Assembly: GCA_050084515.1 (NCBI GenBank)
Contig: CM114271.1
Span: 27,652,001-27,716,000 of the forward strand
Source of the DNA: Blasia pusilla
Lineage: Eukaryota
DNA: 64,000 nucleotides
Direction of reading: 5' to 3'
In this document: piece by piece, positions 1 through 13,649 of the stretch
Position numbering within the stretch: the stretch's first letter is position 1
Layout of the letters: the number at the start of each line of letters is the position of its first letter
The notes under the pieces: generated by a model
What the model was told of the DNA's origin: nothing
The model's input: only the letters and a program-made list of their open reading frames with translations
Database searches by the model: none
Program-made: the position numbers and the translations under genes

Positions 1-1966
1 CCAATGTGTAGCCATTATGTCAACTCAGAGTACTGAGTTGCATAAAATGATCTTTAACCATGATCTCAGCCAATCACCACTCTTGAATCTTGAAGATAAC
101 TACATCCTTTGCACAATATCCTTAAAACACGATGTTCATCTGATTTCTGTGCCTGCCATGAAAAGTCTACTCTCAATTTATGAGGGCTAGATCCAGAACT
201 GAATTTTGTAGGAAATCAATTAGTCCAGCGAAACAAATCATCAGAATACTTATCCAAGAATTGATCACACCGATCAATCCATCCGAACGATATAGATTAG
301 TTTAGGATCAATGTTCTGTTTATGACCATTGATTACTGCTAGTATCGTTTCATCTTGCGAAACGATACATAACTATGAGACATTTCTGAAGTGACACAGT
401 TTCCGTCACGTCTTTTGATTACGGCTCTTAGTTTAGAGCAGACTTTACTACTTATGTATCGGCTTTTCAATCCATCAACACAGAGAACACTGAGAGTACG
501 AACGCAATTTCGATTCATTCCGCATTTCTCACAAATTTCACCAAAAACACTGCCTGCATAAACACACCTTGAGGTTCAAGAGGATCCGCAGTTTCCTATT
601 GAGATGCTTACAAGATGACATTCATACTCTATAATGTAGAAAGCAAATCCAATGTCCTCCATCCTCCAATACAATTCACAAAAAGAGCTGAGCATCTGTG
701 ACAAGTCAGAATGATCCAAAACTTTCCACCGCTGAAGTCTTAATTCCTCAAAAATTGAGATGTGACTTTACTTAAAGTTTTCATGATGAAGAAGCACTTC
801 GAACTTGCCCCAAACTTCAAGAGGAGAAGAACCACAGAAAAAGTCTTTGATGCTCTAAACAGAACTAGTTGAACTACAAGACTATCAAACAGACGTCTTG
901 AGAGATGAACAATGATGAAAAAACAGTTGATTTAAGAAGTCACCATAACCTCAAAAATTCTTACTTTGCAGACCCTGTACACTGTACATAGTGTGTGGCT
1001 GCTAGACTGGAGCATGTACAGCATTTAGTTTCTAAGGACATTGCTCACGTCTATTGCTGTCAGTTTCAGTCTTGGTTAATCTAGCTAGCCTCAGTCCTGC
1101 AATTACTGTAATTTCAAGTCACCTCTTGGACCCCCTGGAACAAGAAGTCACTTCCTTCAGTCTCACTGGCTTTGCCAAAACTACCTCTTTACTAAGAAAG
1201 TTCCGCCTCTGGTCTACAAGTACCTCAAGACCTGTTCATGATCAAGCCCAGAGTAAACTATGGCAAGGATCACTCAAGGCTAGTGACTGCATATGAGGAG
1301 GGGTTTAGAGTATCAAACTTGTTGGACTCCTTACTTTTAGGGAGTGATAGTGAGACATCCATTCTGCACAGTCAGGAGGAAAACTTCAGCTTACAGAAAG
1401 AAGACATGCACAAAAGTGTTGTAAACATTCTCTTCCATACATGAAGAAGTATATCAAGATACTATGTCAAACTATATTTCTTGATATGGTCAAATCTAGT
1501 TTGAAGCGACTATATATCAAGAAATACAGTTTGAAGCAACCAAGCAAGCTATTCACCTCATCCCTGTAGATCAGCTGCTGAAGGCGGCATGTAATTTATC
1601 AGAACTGGTTCTTGTTCCCACTGTACACAACTCTGGTCTTCCCTAGTGAGAGTAATCTTGGCTGTTCAGAATGCCTTCATAATAAGAATCACAAATTCCA
1701 AGGAAAATTCCTGCGTCAGTATCTCCTCAATTGATACTGAGACTATGTAACTTCACTCAGAACCCAATAATGCCCCTGTAAAATGAATGGTTTTGTTTTC
1801 AAATTAAAACTCCCCTTAAATCATGTCCAGGACAGCCTTACCACCTTTTGTTTCAAAAGGAGGTGTGTCCTTTAATCTCTTTTCAAGGACTAAACACAGC
1901 TGCTTGTCTTTGAAGCAGGGCAGTTCCTCCTATGTGGAACCGGTGACTTTCCATTACATTCATTTG

Positions 1967-4900
1967 CTACAGAAGAATCTTTACTGGAGTTCCAGTACCA
2001 AATTCAGCAATCCTACTGTCTAAGAGCACCTCACATTCTGTCAAATCCACCTGAATGTTCCCTTCAGCAACCCCTTCTTTATATAGAGGGAAAGTATCTG
2101 CCAGACGTAAGCTCCTACCTCCAAACTCTTGTTTCAAGTAGTCTTGGTGACTATTGCCACTAAGCTCTGCCCAACTGCTAGTGTAAGGCAAGAAGACAGA
2201 AGAAGAATTATGTTGGAAGGATGCTGTTTCCAACTCCTTGTTAGATGATCTGCTTCTCCACACATCCAACTCCGTCATCATCTTGTCTAGTAACAACTCC
2301 GAATCTGTCAAAGGCATCTCCATTGGTGTTGATGGATCATCCTTGTCTAGGCTGCACAATGACCCGGAACCCTCCTGCCATCTTAGACCTAGCTGCAAGT
2401 CTTGCTTTTGCGGAGGCTCCATCATCTCATGTCTGGCTCCCAACTGATTCCCCTCTTTGGTTACTGAAATCCAATCTTGAGCTAATCTATTGTCTTGTGG
2501 ATCCTCTTTGAACATTGATGTTGTGGAAGAGTATTTGAAGGACACATTCGGAACTCCAGAGTTTGGGACCTGCTGACTTTGAGAGAATGCTTCCCTCTCT
2601 ACTAAATCATTCTTAAGAGATTCTTCCCCAATTAACTCATCTAACGTTGGCTCTCCATCGTAATAACTATCAGGATTTTCTACAATCTGTTGGTAGAAAG
2701 GAATACATTTCTCAAACTCGTACAGCTGAAGAGGGGGTTGCTTGTCCACCCGAGATATGTACATGCATGTACTTGCTTTTTCATTTAGCAAGAGTAACCT
2801 AGCTGTGAAAATCACCTGGAATATATGGGCCCACTTAGGAACTAGCTTCCTGCCTGTATTGGACCATTCAACTGTACAACCTTTCTGTAACATTTGATTC
2901 ACCTCCCATCTCGTGGTTGGATTGTCCACAGTAGTCCCTTCAATCATTGCCAAGTACTCCAGAAGAGTTTCCTCTAGTTTCAACCTTTGTAAGATGATAC
3001 CATTTCCAGGATTCAGCATACAAGTGAGAGGAAAAGTAGGAAGGAGACAAGACTGAAGGGCAGCAAAATTAATTTCCAAGGTTCTTTTTGCATTCCATCC
3101 CTCCTGGAGCGGAACAAGGTTCTGTGCTTCAGCTTCCAAAGCCTCCCGCACAACACCAAAATCAGGGGGCCAGTTGGGTGGGACGGAGTGGGCAGTCTTC
3201 TCAATCTCCTCCGCAGCCTTCTCTACTGCACCGTTGAATACCATGATACACTGTTCTGGGCTAATTTTGGAGAGAGGTACTCTCAATAGCAGCTTCATGT
3301 GTGCCTCTAAGTGCTCCCGAACAAGATCTCCAGCATACAATGGCCGCAGTTGTGGTTGAAGCGGACAGTTTTTTGCCAACCAGAGTAGCCCCTCCTTCAA
3401 GGATTGGTCACTAAAAAAACTCAGCTCCCCTGGAATTACTTCAGAGTGATTTCCAATGGACATCACAGTATGCACGCTAATCTTACTGCTGGTCAGCTCA
3501 TCCGACTTCAAGAACCTCTCCCAGCTCTTCTGTACTTCAACCTTCTCCGAGCCATTACTACACCATCGTTTGGCTGATAAAACAAGAAGAGGGACACTAG
3601 CACCATCTGGGAGAGCTTGTACCAATGAGTGCAATCTTGCCTGATCAGTGGCAACTGATTCACCACCATCAACAACACATATGAGGCCACCTGCACCATG
3701 TTCAGCACCCTTAGAGGGCAAACTAGACCTACCATGTCCCACCTCTGTGGCAGTGTACCAAAAGGCAACAGGTCTAGAATCTTCATCTGCTTGAAATATT
3801 TTTTTCTCATCTGCTAGTATGGCATCTGCTTGAGCATAATCCAAAAATCTCTCTTCTATTTTGGACATTCGTTTGCTGCTGAGTTTCATTCGGATCCAAT
3901 TCCCTGCTGCAGTACCAGCAGTAGAAACAAGCAGGCTCCAACACAAAAACCTTGTGGACACATTCAGCTCATGTAGGATTGGTAGCACTAGATCAGATAT
4001 AATAACTGGAGCCCAAAGTTCTTGCAATTTCCCTCCTTGTTCTGTAACTACATCCTTCAGGTAGGCATGCCTTTCAGCCAAACTTAAGGAGTCTCCTTTT
4101 CGTACCTGCTAAAAGCATGTCGCGTCACAGAGAACCAGTTACTATATGCTGTCATAATATTGTAGTACATATAAAGCCACCAGCTTGTAAAATTACATTT
4201 CCCATTCTCAATCAAGCAAAATACAGCACAAATTTAGATTTTCCAAACCTCTGCACTTCAAGCAAACACGCAGAGAGAAGTTGAAAACATATGCCTTAAC
4301 TGTCCTTGTACCTAAAGTGGGAGGGTGCAAAACCTCAAAGAAACAGTGGAAAATATCTTGCTAATATAAGTCATGTTTTTCTTACCTGTTTCTTCCACAA
4401 AGGATATCCAAGGGACAGAGAATTCAAAGCTGCCTCAGCCTTTTCTAGCCTTCGACGCTTCTCTAGTGATTTGGATGCAGCTCTTCTTCTCCACTTCCTG
4501 GAAACAAGGATTGATAAGGCGATGAATAAACAGTCCTGGAAAGATGGTCAATCTGTAATTCTGCAGAAATTCAACAACAGATGGATTCCCCACAAATGTA
4601 CATCCTCAATACTGGAATGTCGAAGAAATCAACCTCAACCAATGCAATTGTTTCCCAGCATCTGCCTCAGCTTTGTGAAGTGCTCCTCTCAGCTTCTCCT
4701 CTTGTCTCTTTATTTCAGCCACAGCTGCTTGACTAGCCTCACGTCTTGCAGAGGCATCTAATTCATGTCTCAATCGTCGTCTCTCATGTTCTTCTACTTC
4801 AAACTCTGGACCCTCCATGCGTCGCTTTTTCCCTTGTTTACCAACATCCTCAGCTGGAGTATTGAACACCTCAGGCACAAGAATAACTGGTGATAATCCA

Positions 4901-7900
4901 GGTTCCTCGTACTTTGGCAACTGCTCGTCTTCTTCTACGTAGTCAGGCATGTATTCTTCAACCATGTCAACAAATGTACTAGTCCCATCAAAAGTAGGCT
5001 CTTCCACCAGTTTCATTGGAGCAGGCACAACTCTTCTTTCAATGGTTTCATTTCTTCTCATGCTTTCAATTCTCCTCATTATGCTCACATTGTTAGCCAA
5101 GGAAGATGGCAGTCTTCCAGACTGAACATCTGCGACTATCAACAGTGATCGCTTTTCTTCTACCATCTGAGCACGGCAAGTTGGGAAATCCTGGTCCTTA
5201 TTAAGAAAGGATCCCTCTTTCACCATATATGGTTCTTCGTAAAATTTCACTGAGAAACCATGATATTTTATCAAGGCCTCTATGTCCTCCCCCTACACAA
5301 AATCCCACGCACAAGGTAGTGTCATGTTGAAGAAAGATAATACGTGCACAACACAAAGACAGGAATACGACCATCAAAGACAAGGAGACACCATGCTTCC
5401 AAATCTTCTGATCAGTTTGGATGTTTAACACTAAAATACTACACAGATAACTTTGACCCCACAAACAAAGCCATTCACTTAGCTACCTCCATTCCCAGCC
5501 AGTCCACAACTGTTGACAGTGGTATTCCTTGATTTTTCAAAAGCCCACTATGAAGAGATGCCAATGCTTGAGTGCGAAGCTGCAAAAACAGGTATAATTG
5601 TGGATTAGAGCCTTTAGTGACTTACTATCACAAAACCAAAGATTGACTGATCTCTAAGAAAATGTTCTCTTGATGAATTGGCATTACATTTACTGAGTAT
5701 ACAAATCAAAGATTGAGAGAAATCCACAGATAAACACTTCAACAATGCTCTACATATTTGGGCCTAATCGTACCTTGGAAAAATGAGCATGCATTAGACA
5801 AGCTTGTAAATAGGTTGCCTGCTTGGCCAACCTGAAAAACGCCACATAATTGCTGCCTCTACAAGCCCTGCGTTGGAGAAACACATCAATCAGGCGCAAC
5901 ACTGACAGGGACAAAATCCGCACCAAAGAGCCACTGGAGAAAGATTCATCTCTCATGTAGTCTCAAAAATTACTACCAACAGTGGATGAACATGCCCAGG
6001 GTGCAGATTGAAACATATGGACTACCTGATCAAATGGTGGGGTAGAGTACAGCTTCAGATGGTTCAAATAAGAGTTTCAAGACTTGAATGGCAACTGTGA
6101 TCAAACAAACTAAATCATCCATCAATCATTAGAAATCAAGAACACCTCCCAGAAAACAAACCTTGCGACATCGCGGGCAAAAAGAACTTGTGGAGATCTT
6201 CTTATTTCCGGAGCCATTTTGGCTAGATCAAGAGATAGCTCTGCAGGTTCAACCTGAACCATGAAGATAATAAATAAAAATTAAAAGATCTCAGGAGATG
6301 ACAGTGCACTATCACATAGTAAAGACCCGTTGTTGTGGACACATGGAAACTTCCTTAAAGATGCAGGGAAAGACACTAAGAGAATGGGAAACTACTCACT
6401 CGATAGCCAGGATGCTTGTCCAGCTTCAAGAGTGCATAATATCCTCTGAACTCCGCTTCACTTGGAACAGGAATGCCTTGCTTCCAGTGATCATCATACA
6501 TTTGGAAAAGATCAACGGAGGTCTTGTTCATCTGTTCTATGTTTAAGTGGGCATTGAAACCTTCACTCACTTGCTCGCCTTGTGCATATTCACATAGTTC
6601 ATGCATGGCTAATATGTGGAACCTAATCTGTTGCAGACCAGACAAACCAATCTTACAGTGAGACACAAGAATTTTGAAAGCATGCTATAATCAACAGACA
6701 ACCTAACTTCTCTTGCTTTGAACACGCTATTCACATGATTGAAGTTGATTTATATCAAATAGGTACAGACCATCTGTTCATGCATGGTAATAGCATCTTC
6801 ACTGAATATGTGTTGCATTCTCAGATCCATACGCACGGCCCTCATACGATCCCACAAAAAATTATGAACTGCAAGCAAGTCATCTTCATGGTCTCTTTCT
6901 AGAAGAGACAACAAATGGTTCATTGTACTCTGCAGTACAGGCAGGGGGCGTATCAAAGCAGCATCCTTCTCTGCAGTTCTTGTATACTGTCAATAGCAAA
7001 AGGAGATGTCAGAAACACCTGATAATGACTTTAGATAACAAGACATCATTAACAGGCTGATCTACAATGAACATCTCTTACACCAATTTGCATCATGCAC
7101 TGAAAATGAACTACATGGGGCAGATGTCCGGGCAATCATTTGTTTCCCAAACCAACTGAAAAGGGGTGACACCCGGAATAAAATTGTAACAGTTTGAATG
7201 CATTGCTGGACAAACAGGTAATCAACTCCGTTGTGTCTCGACCACAGGATGCATTATGTATGGATACACAGAATCAAGAGCGGAGAAGAGAGCAGGACTG
7301 AGCAGAAAGTGCACACACAGTCTAAACAAGCTAGAACTACCCTTTCATAATTCACCATCTAGTAGATTTTTAAATCCAGCAGCTCTTCATGCAATCACTG
7401 ACAGCATATCTTTATCCATAGAAGGGGAACCAAAAAACTAGTCTATGATAGCCAACCTCCAAAGTGACTCACCTTCTTCACTGCCAAATCTATGGAGGTT
7501 TGATTGCGATCCCCTTCTAGACGCTCAAACCTGTCAAGGTCCCCTTTCCTTTGCCGCTCTTCTCGCTCAATCTCTATGACCAAAAAAACCAGCTGGATGA
7601 TGAGAGATCCTCTAAAAAGCTGAAGAAGGAAGACCAGGCCCTGTGGTGACCAAATAAATAATTTGAATTGAACTCTTAGAAGGTCTTACAAGACCATGAA
7701 TCCTGGATAAGGAAAAGCATCACAACCTGGGCACATATCAGGACAGACACCAAGAATCGCTTCAGAGATCAACATGTCAATCCCATCCATTTCCACAGGC
7801 TCCTCTGCTGCTTCAGGCCGCCGCACAGGTGTAGTTTCTCGCCGCTTTGCACTCCCAGTTGATTGAACTCTATTGCCAAGCTCTGATGTGCCTGCTAGGC

Positions 7901-8803
7901 TTTCTACTGAACTCTTGGAAACTGCCTTTTCCACAGTCTCAGCTTTCTGTGATGGACGCAAAGTTTTAGTTTTGCCATCAAATCCAGCACTGAATCGCAC
8001 TAGCCTCCGGGCCTTCGCTGCTTCTTCTTCGCTGTAGAGTAAGAGAAGCCACACCCCCGTCAGCGATACAACTCTCAGAACTGGAACAAAGTTTCACTCT
8101 TTGGTAGAAGGTTGCAACAGAGCATATTTTGTTAATAAGGAAAGGAGAATGTGGGTTCCATGATCCAATTTTACATGCGAGAACAAGGTCAGTTTGTCAC
8201 TGGCGATCTATGATCAAGTCAGCTCCAATGACAATCTTTCTTCAGTTCAGGCACCTGTGAAGAGCACTACAAACATGAAACATAGAATCAGAAGTACAGA
8301 GAGCAAAAGAAGGGGCTCAAAATTCACGCAATGGTTTTAAAGCCCTGTTTCATGAGAACGAAGAGGGGGTACGGTTGAATGCAGCTCAGGACAGAAAGCC
8401 TAACACGTTTGCTCCACTTGTCCTCTTGTAAACAATCACGGCATCGTCCCTCCTCACCAACTCGTTTCTTCCCACCACACACAATTAACCTTCCACGTCC
8501 CGGGAGTTTGTGTGATAGATACCTCTGCTGAATAGCACTTTTTGTGTTGCCCTTGCTGGCTTGCTGTGGGACAAACTGCCTCGCAGTCCCACCGGCAGGG
8601 CTAAGACTGCGAGGTCGATCACGCCCCTTCCTGACTGCACCACCAGCTCCAGCTGAGCGATTCCCAATAGCTGCCTGGCCGAATACAATAGGCTGCTCCA
8701 TAGACCAATTTCCGGCTGGAAACAGTGCGCTGGATTTGGGAGAAGGATTGAATCCTCCTCTCTCGAAGGAAGAAAACGCCCAAGGTTTTGAAGTCTCATC
8801 CAT
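1967..8803 (-). CDS. SAC3B: SAC3/GANP family mRNA-export (TREX-2) protein, SAC3B-like; about 11 exons
   Basis: GT-AG exons read by hand, approximate: 8803-8523, 8032-7727 (GVCPDMCP), 7573-7473 (EREERQRKGDLDRFER..LAVKK), 6987-6771 (YTRTAE..IRPLPVL..FLWDRMRAVRMDLRMQH), 6627-6400 (IRFHILAMHELCE..EAEFRGYYALLKLDKHPGY), 6253-6162, 5868-5774, 5579-5481, 5292-4634, 4497-4386, 4105-1967. These are SAC3_GANP motifs. An in-frame TAA upstream of the ATG at 8803 supports the start. The 3' end could have further exons. Confidence 0.92.
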
Positions 8804-9188
8804 CGATGCCAGCGGTTACTGCACCTCTAGCAATCCAACCGCCGCACCTACGCCCGCATTCGTATTTTAAATCGAACGACAATCAAAGCGCCCTCGTCAG
8901 GGACCAACATCGGGTGCTTCCTCTCGTGAAAAGGGAAGCAAGAAATCCTGGTTCCCTCGAACTCTCTGCCAAGCTGACATCCATCACGCTCCGGTCCTCG
9001 CTAGCAACCGGCAGCACGGGAAAAAGCATTACTATCTCTTATTGGCTTCAAGCTGAGAGTCGGCACACAAAGATGACCAACATTGCAGCCTCTCAATACC
9101 AGCTCACTGGTAGCAGGGAACTTCCCCTCGATTTGAACCTCAAGCAGATAAATTCTCTCAGATTGCAGGCTCCATTCGCTTGAACTGC

Positions 9189-10033
9189 TGCACGTCTGAT
9201 TCCTTCTCCGATGTGACCTGCGACTTCAACTCTACTGAAATACTAGTAAAGCGCCAACTCTCTTCGCTTCCACGCTCAATCCGCACACATTTACTGCGCT
9301 TCCGCTTCCTTCCTCGGCGTAACTGCTTATTCCACTGGTAGAATGCCAATGTGCGGCAAAGCCCTTCCGTTAACAGGCTCGATTACCTGCTCCTGTGCTT
9401 CCTTCTTCGGTGTAATCAGCTTGTTCCATTCGGACTGTCAGTTTTCGGTAAACTCCTAATTCTCTTCGTTTACAGCAGGATTTACTTTACGCTTCTGTTT
9501 CCTGCTCCGGTGTGATCAGCCTAATCCACTAGACTGTCAGTCATCAGAACACCCCTAATTCTCCTCAGTTACAAGCTCCGTTATCCGCGCTTCTGCTTCC
9601 TCCTCTGCTGTGATCGGCCTATTCCGCTGGACCGACAGAACTCTGCATAGCCCTATTCCTTTTCGTTGACAAGCTCCATTTTCTGCGCTCCCGGTTCCTT
9701 CTCCGGTTTGATCCGCCTATTTCGCCGGACTATCACTATTCGGTAAAGCCCTAAACCTTTACGTCAAAAAGCCCAATATTCTGTACTCGTGCTTCTATCT
9801 CCTGTGTGGTCCGCCTCTTCCCCTGGATATACGACATTCAGCAAAGCCCCAATCCTCATCGTTGACGAGCTCCATTTCCTGCGCTTCTGCTTCCTTCTTC
9901 CACTGAAAATTGGTATTCTGTAAAAGCCCTAATCCCACTCGTTGACGATCTACATTCTCTGCTCTTCTGCTTCCTTCGTCAGCAGGATCTCCCTACTTCA
10001 CTGGATTGTCAGCGTTCATCGGACCCTAAGTCC
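9189..10033. repeat. Degenerate tandem array, ~98-bp unit, 8-9 copies, upstream of the SAC3B ATG
   Basis: Units start near 9189, 9295, 9388, 9487, 9585, 9683, 9781, 9879 and 9959. Consensus by eye: ctgcgcttctgcttccttctccggtgtgatc.gcctattccactggac..tca..attcggtaaagccctaat.ctc.tcgttgacaagctccatttt. Confidence 0.85.
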
Positions 10034-12838
10034 ACAACAAAATCGCCCCACATCGAACTCTTCTTCTCCTTTCCTCTCCTCTCCTCTCGCTATCACATAC
10101 TGGAAAATTCGGCACACAGCCGCAGCCGTATGTTGTCTCAGTGCGCCCGGACAGCGGCGCAATCACATTTCGAATTGCTAGCTCCATATGGAGTGTCAGC
10201 GGCGTCGCCATGGGCTCTTTCTATCTGCTCTCGTGATCAAATCGGAACCATCCCAACATATGCATGTACGTACGTAAGCGCTTCTGCTTTCTTCTGCGCA
10301 TACGCACGCCCGTGCAACTAATCTACAATTGTCGGGGAAAAAAAAACCATGTGAATGTTATGCATTCTTATGGAGATCTTCTTTAATTACTTGGGGTTAA
10401 TGCTAAACAGCATTTTATTGGAAAATTGTTAAGGGAAAATTTAGCATTGAAAATATTGTGAATTTTCTTTCAAAACTCCATATTATTATTTTAAAACACC
10501 TTCTTGACTTTGATTTTTGACCCCCTTCCCTTTTCAACCAAACCGCTCTTAACATGCAGTTTCTAAAAAGTTCAATTGTGAGAATAATGAGTGAGGGGCC
10601 AATTTGAGATCCGTGGATGAGTCCCTTTGGAATAGGTTAGGTTAATAATGGGGAATTCAAATTACCCATCATGGAGGAGGATGGTTTCTTGATTTTTGAA
10701 CATTTATAAGATTTCCATATGAGAATGTAATAAAAAATTACCAATAAGAGTATAAATTAAATTAAATGTTTGGAAATCATGATTATTGGTTGTAGGAGTA
10801 TGCACATAGCATGGTCATAGGGATGAAGGTGGAAAATAACAAAACAAAATTAATAAAGTTCTAACAATATGGAAATTTTTGTTGCCCAATCTTCATATTT
10901 TTGGTCATGGAAATATTATCTCACAAATTTTTCCAAGTATTTCTCAAGAAAGAAACCTCAAGGTTGAATATTTTCATTCAACTCGTAAGGAGGTAATTAG
11001 AACACACATCTTGTACATATGTATGTACATGACATGTATTCAAATTAATTCCCAAAAAGATAATTAACTCTCAAAATTGTCAAGCGACATTTTAGATCAA
11101 CTTTGAGCAATCTTATTGGTTGAAAGTGTCACGTATCAAAAGGAGAGGAGTTTGCACAAAACACTCTCCAATAATAATAATAATAATAATATAGATAATT
11201 GCAAGTCACACCAATGGATAACTATTATCTTGAGCCTTTTGGAAAACATGTGGCAATTCAAGAGTTCAAACATGCAAGGAGCTAGCATAAATAAGAGTAT
11301 GGATACATTTGCGATTAATTTTCTTTTTCTATGAAGAATCAAAGTTAAGCCTCCTTTATTTTATTTTAAAAAATAAAACTTTAATACTTCTCACGGGTTT
11401 GGAAATTAATTCTTCTCACCCAATAACAAATTATCATTAATCAAATTTATAATCATTGCAATCAATCTTGCAAATTCTAAAAAAGCACCAATATTTTTAT
11501 TCAATAAGAGAAGATGGGAAAACTTGAATAATAGGAAAACTTGCAAGAAGATTGGGAAATATTCAATATACAATTCATTTTAACATACAATTAATGAATT
11601 GGAGGGAGGTTTGGAAATATCTTTAAATTCTTAAATAAGAATATCTAAATTCATATACTCTCTTTTCCCATTCTCCCCTTAATTTACTATAGGGTAAACT
11701 TGTTTTTTAAATCATATGTGAAATGCTTCTTCACACGTGGAATGCAAAGACAAAAGGCTAACAAATATGAAATTTTGATTTGTCTTTACTTATTGCTTCT
11801 TTTTGCGTTGGAACCTTCTATTCAACTAGATGTTGGCTCTAGGTACCTTTCCTTTCTTTACTCTTTTATCTAGAGAAATTATTTGACACAAAATCAACCA
11901 ATTTGTCACTTTCATATGACATTAAAAAAATGAGGTTTCTACATAAAATTCTTTAAAATAGTAGCAAAGTATCCAAGCCAAAATTAACCTTGGCTTGGAT
12001 CCTTCCTTCTTCCGTATTGTCTCATAGGAGACATATCGACACATATAACCTTTCCAATCCTAATCCAAGATTGTAGATCAAGGACTAAGGGGATTTTTCC
12101 CAACTAGGAAGTTGACCAGACCCCAAAAGAGGGAATTTACCCAAAATTATAAGTTTCTTAAAATAGGTCTATGTGTTCCTTTCAACCCTACATCTCTCTT
12201 TGCTTTCACATGAAAAATCATGTCTTTTCCCTTTTATAGAAAGGAAATTCCCTGTTTTGGCAAATTTCATCTTCTCGTTGAAAAAGGAAAACCACTCATT
12301 GTATTTTTTTTCCCAACATTTTCCTATTCTACAACTTCATCTTTGATATAGACTTTTTAGTTTCTCTTGAAAAAGAGTAAAATTTTCCCTTCTCATTAAG
12401 CTTGATAGTTCCATTTATTCCCAAACTCATTCCAAAATCTTTAAAAAATGAAATTATAAGAGATCCGAAAATAATGAATAGGAGAGAGGCTTCAGATATT
12501 TTTAGAAAAAAAAACTTTCAAGATTAAAAAATGGGTATAAGAATTAAAATTTGTATCCTCTCTTTTTTCTTCTCCCTTTAGTTATTGAATGTGAGAAGAC
12601 ATTAGAAAAACCCCCTTAAAAAAACCATTTTTGGGCAAAGAAATCATTTCTTTTATAATCTACAACTATTTTTCATTTCATAATTTAAATATAAACTCCA
12701 CTTTCTTAAATCTTAAAGGAATAATAATATTCTACTCCTCTAAATAATTCTGCCATTCTATTAAAATTTAAATAATATCCCACTCCTAAATAATTCTATC
12801 CCCCGTAAAAGTTCCCTTCAATACCTCCACCAAAATAA

Positions 12839-13649
12839 CTAGTTAGCATCCCCATGCTTCGACGCAAATGTGATTTTTAATAATGTAGAAATATTTTTCA
12901 TTTCAACATCTAAGTATAACTTTTATTCTTTAAATTCTTTGAATTGTACAAACATTTCAATTCAAAATTTATCCAACTTCCCTAAATAATTTCACTCCTC
13001 CACTAAATTTTGAATAATACATATTCTTCCCACCAAAATAATATACACTAACTTAATAATTCATTAATTTTAATTAATTAAATAAATTCCTTTTTCATTC
13101 CAATTCATTTTCCTTTCCCAAAATATCAAATGTGAATTAAAAATCTTTTAATATCATATTTTTAATTAAAATAAATAAATTTTTCTTTTCTTAATCTTAG
13201 AAGAGGAATAGCATTCCACCCTTCTTACTAATTCAACTCCCTAGTTAAAATTTAAATGATATCCCTATCCCCTAAATAGCTCCACCCTTCAATAATATTT
13301 AAACAATATCTATCTTCTTGCATTAAAATTTATTTTCCCTTCCCATCAAATATGAATTAAGAGGCAAACTCTGAAAAAAATCTATTTTTATAATTATCCT
13401 AATATTTTGTCTTATTATACATCGAGGATCATTGATGGTAATATTAAATTATCCTTAATAAATTATTAAATTATTTTCCTATTTCCACTCACATTCATTC
13501 TCTTTAATTATCTATTTAACCCGTGTAATGTGACTTTTTTACCTATCTAATGCGATATAAGGGACAAAATTCCATCATGTTGCTCTTTCGTCTTATTATC
13601 TCACTATTTTATCTTATTGTCCATATAGGGTCGTCCATTATTATATAGA
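12839..13649 (-). mobile_element. Putative non-autonomous Helitron
   Basis: On the minus strand it starts A|TCTATATAATAAT (13649) and ends with a weak GC hairpin then CTAACTAG|T (12839). The interior is AT-rich with internal repeats. Confidence 0.45.

Noticed and set aside
1270-1363. Extra terminal SAC3B exon (MDVSLSLPK..TSLE*)
   Set aside because: Plausible acceptor but no recognisable homology, and the large exon already has a stop at 1967; cannot be supported without RNA data.
2238-4761. Plus-strand ORFs over SAC3B
   Set aside because: Antisense shadows of the real coding exons.
9189-10033. CRISPR-like array
   Set aside because: Whole units are homologous with no unique spacers, there are no cas genes, and the context is eukaryotic.
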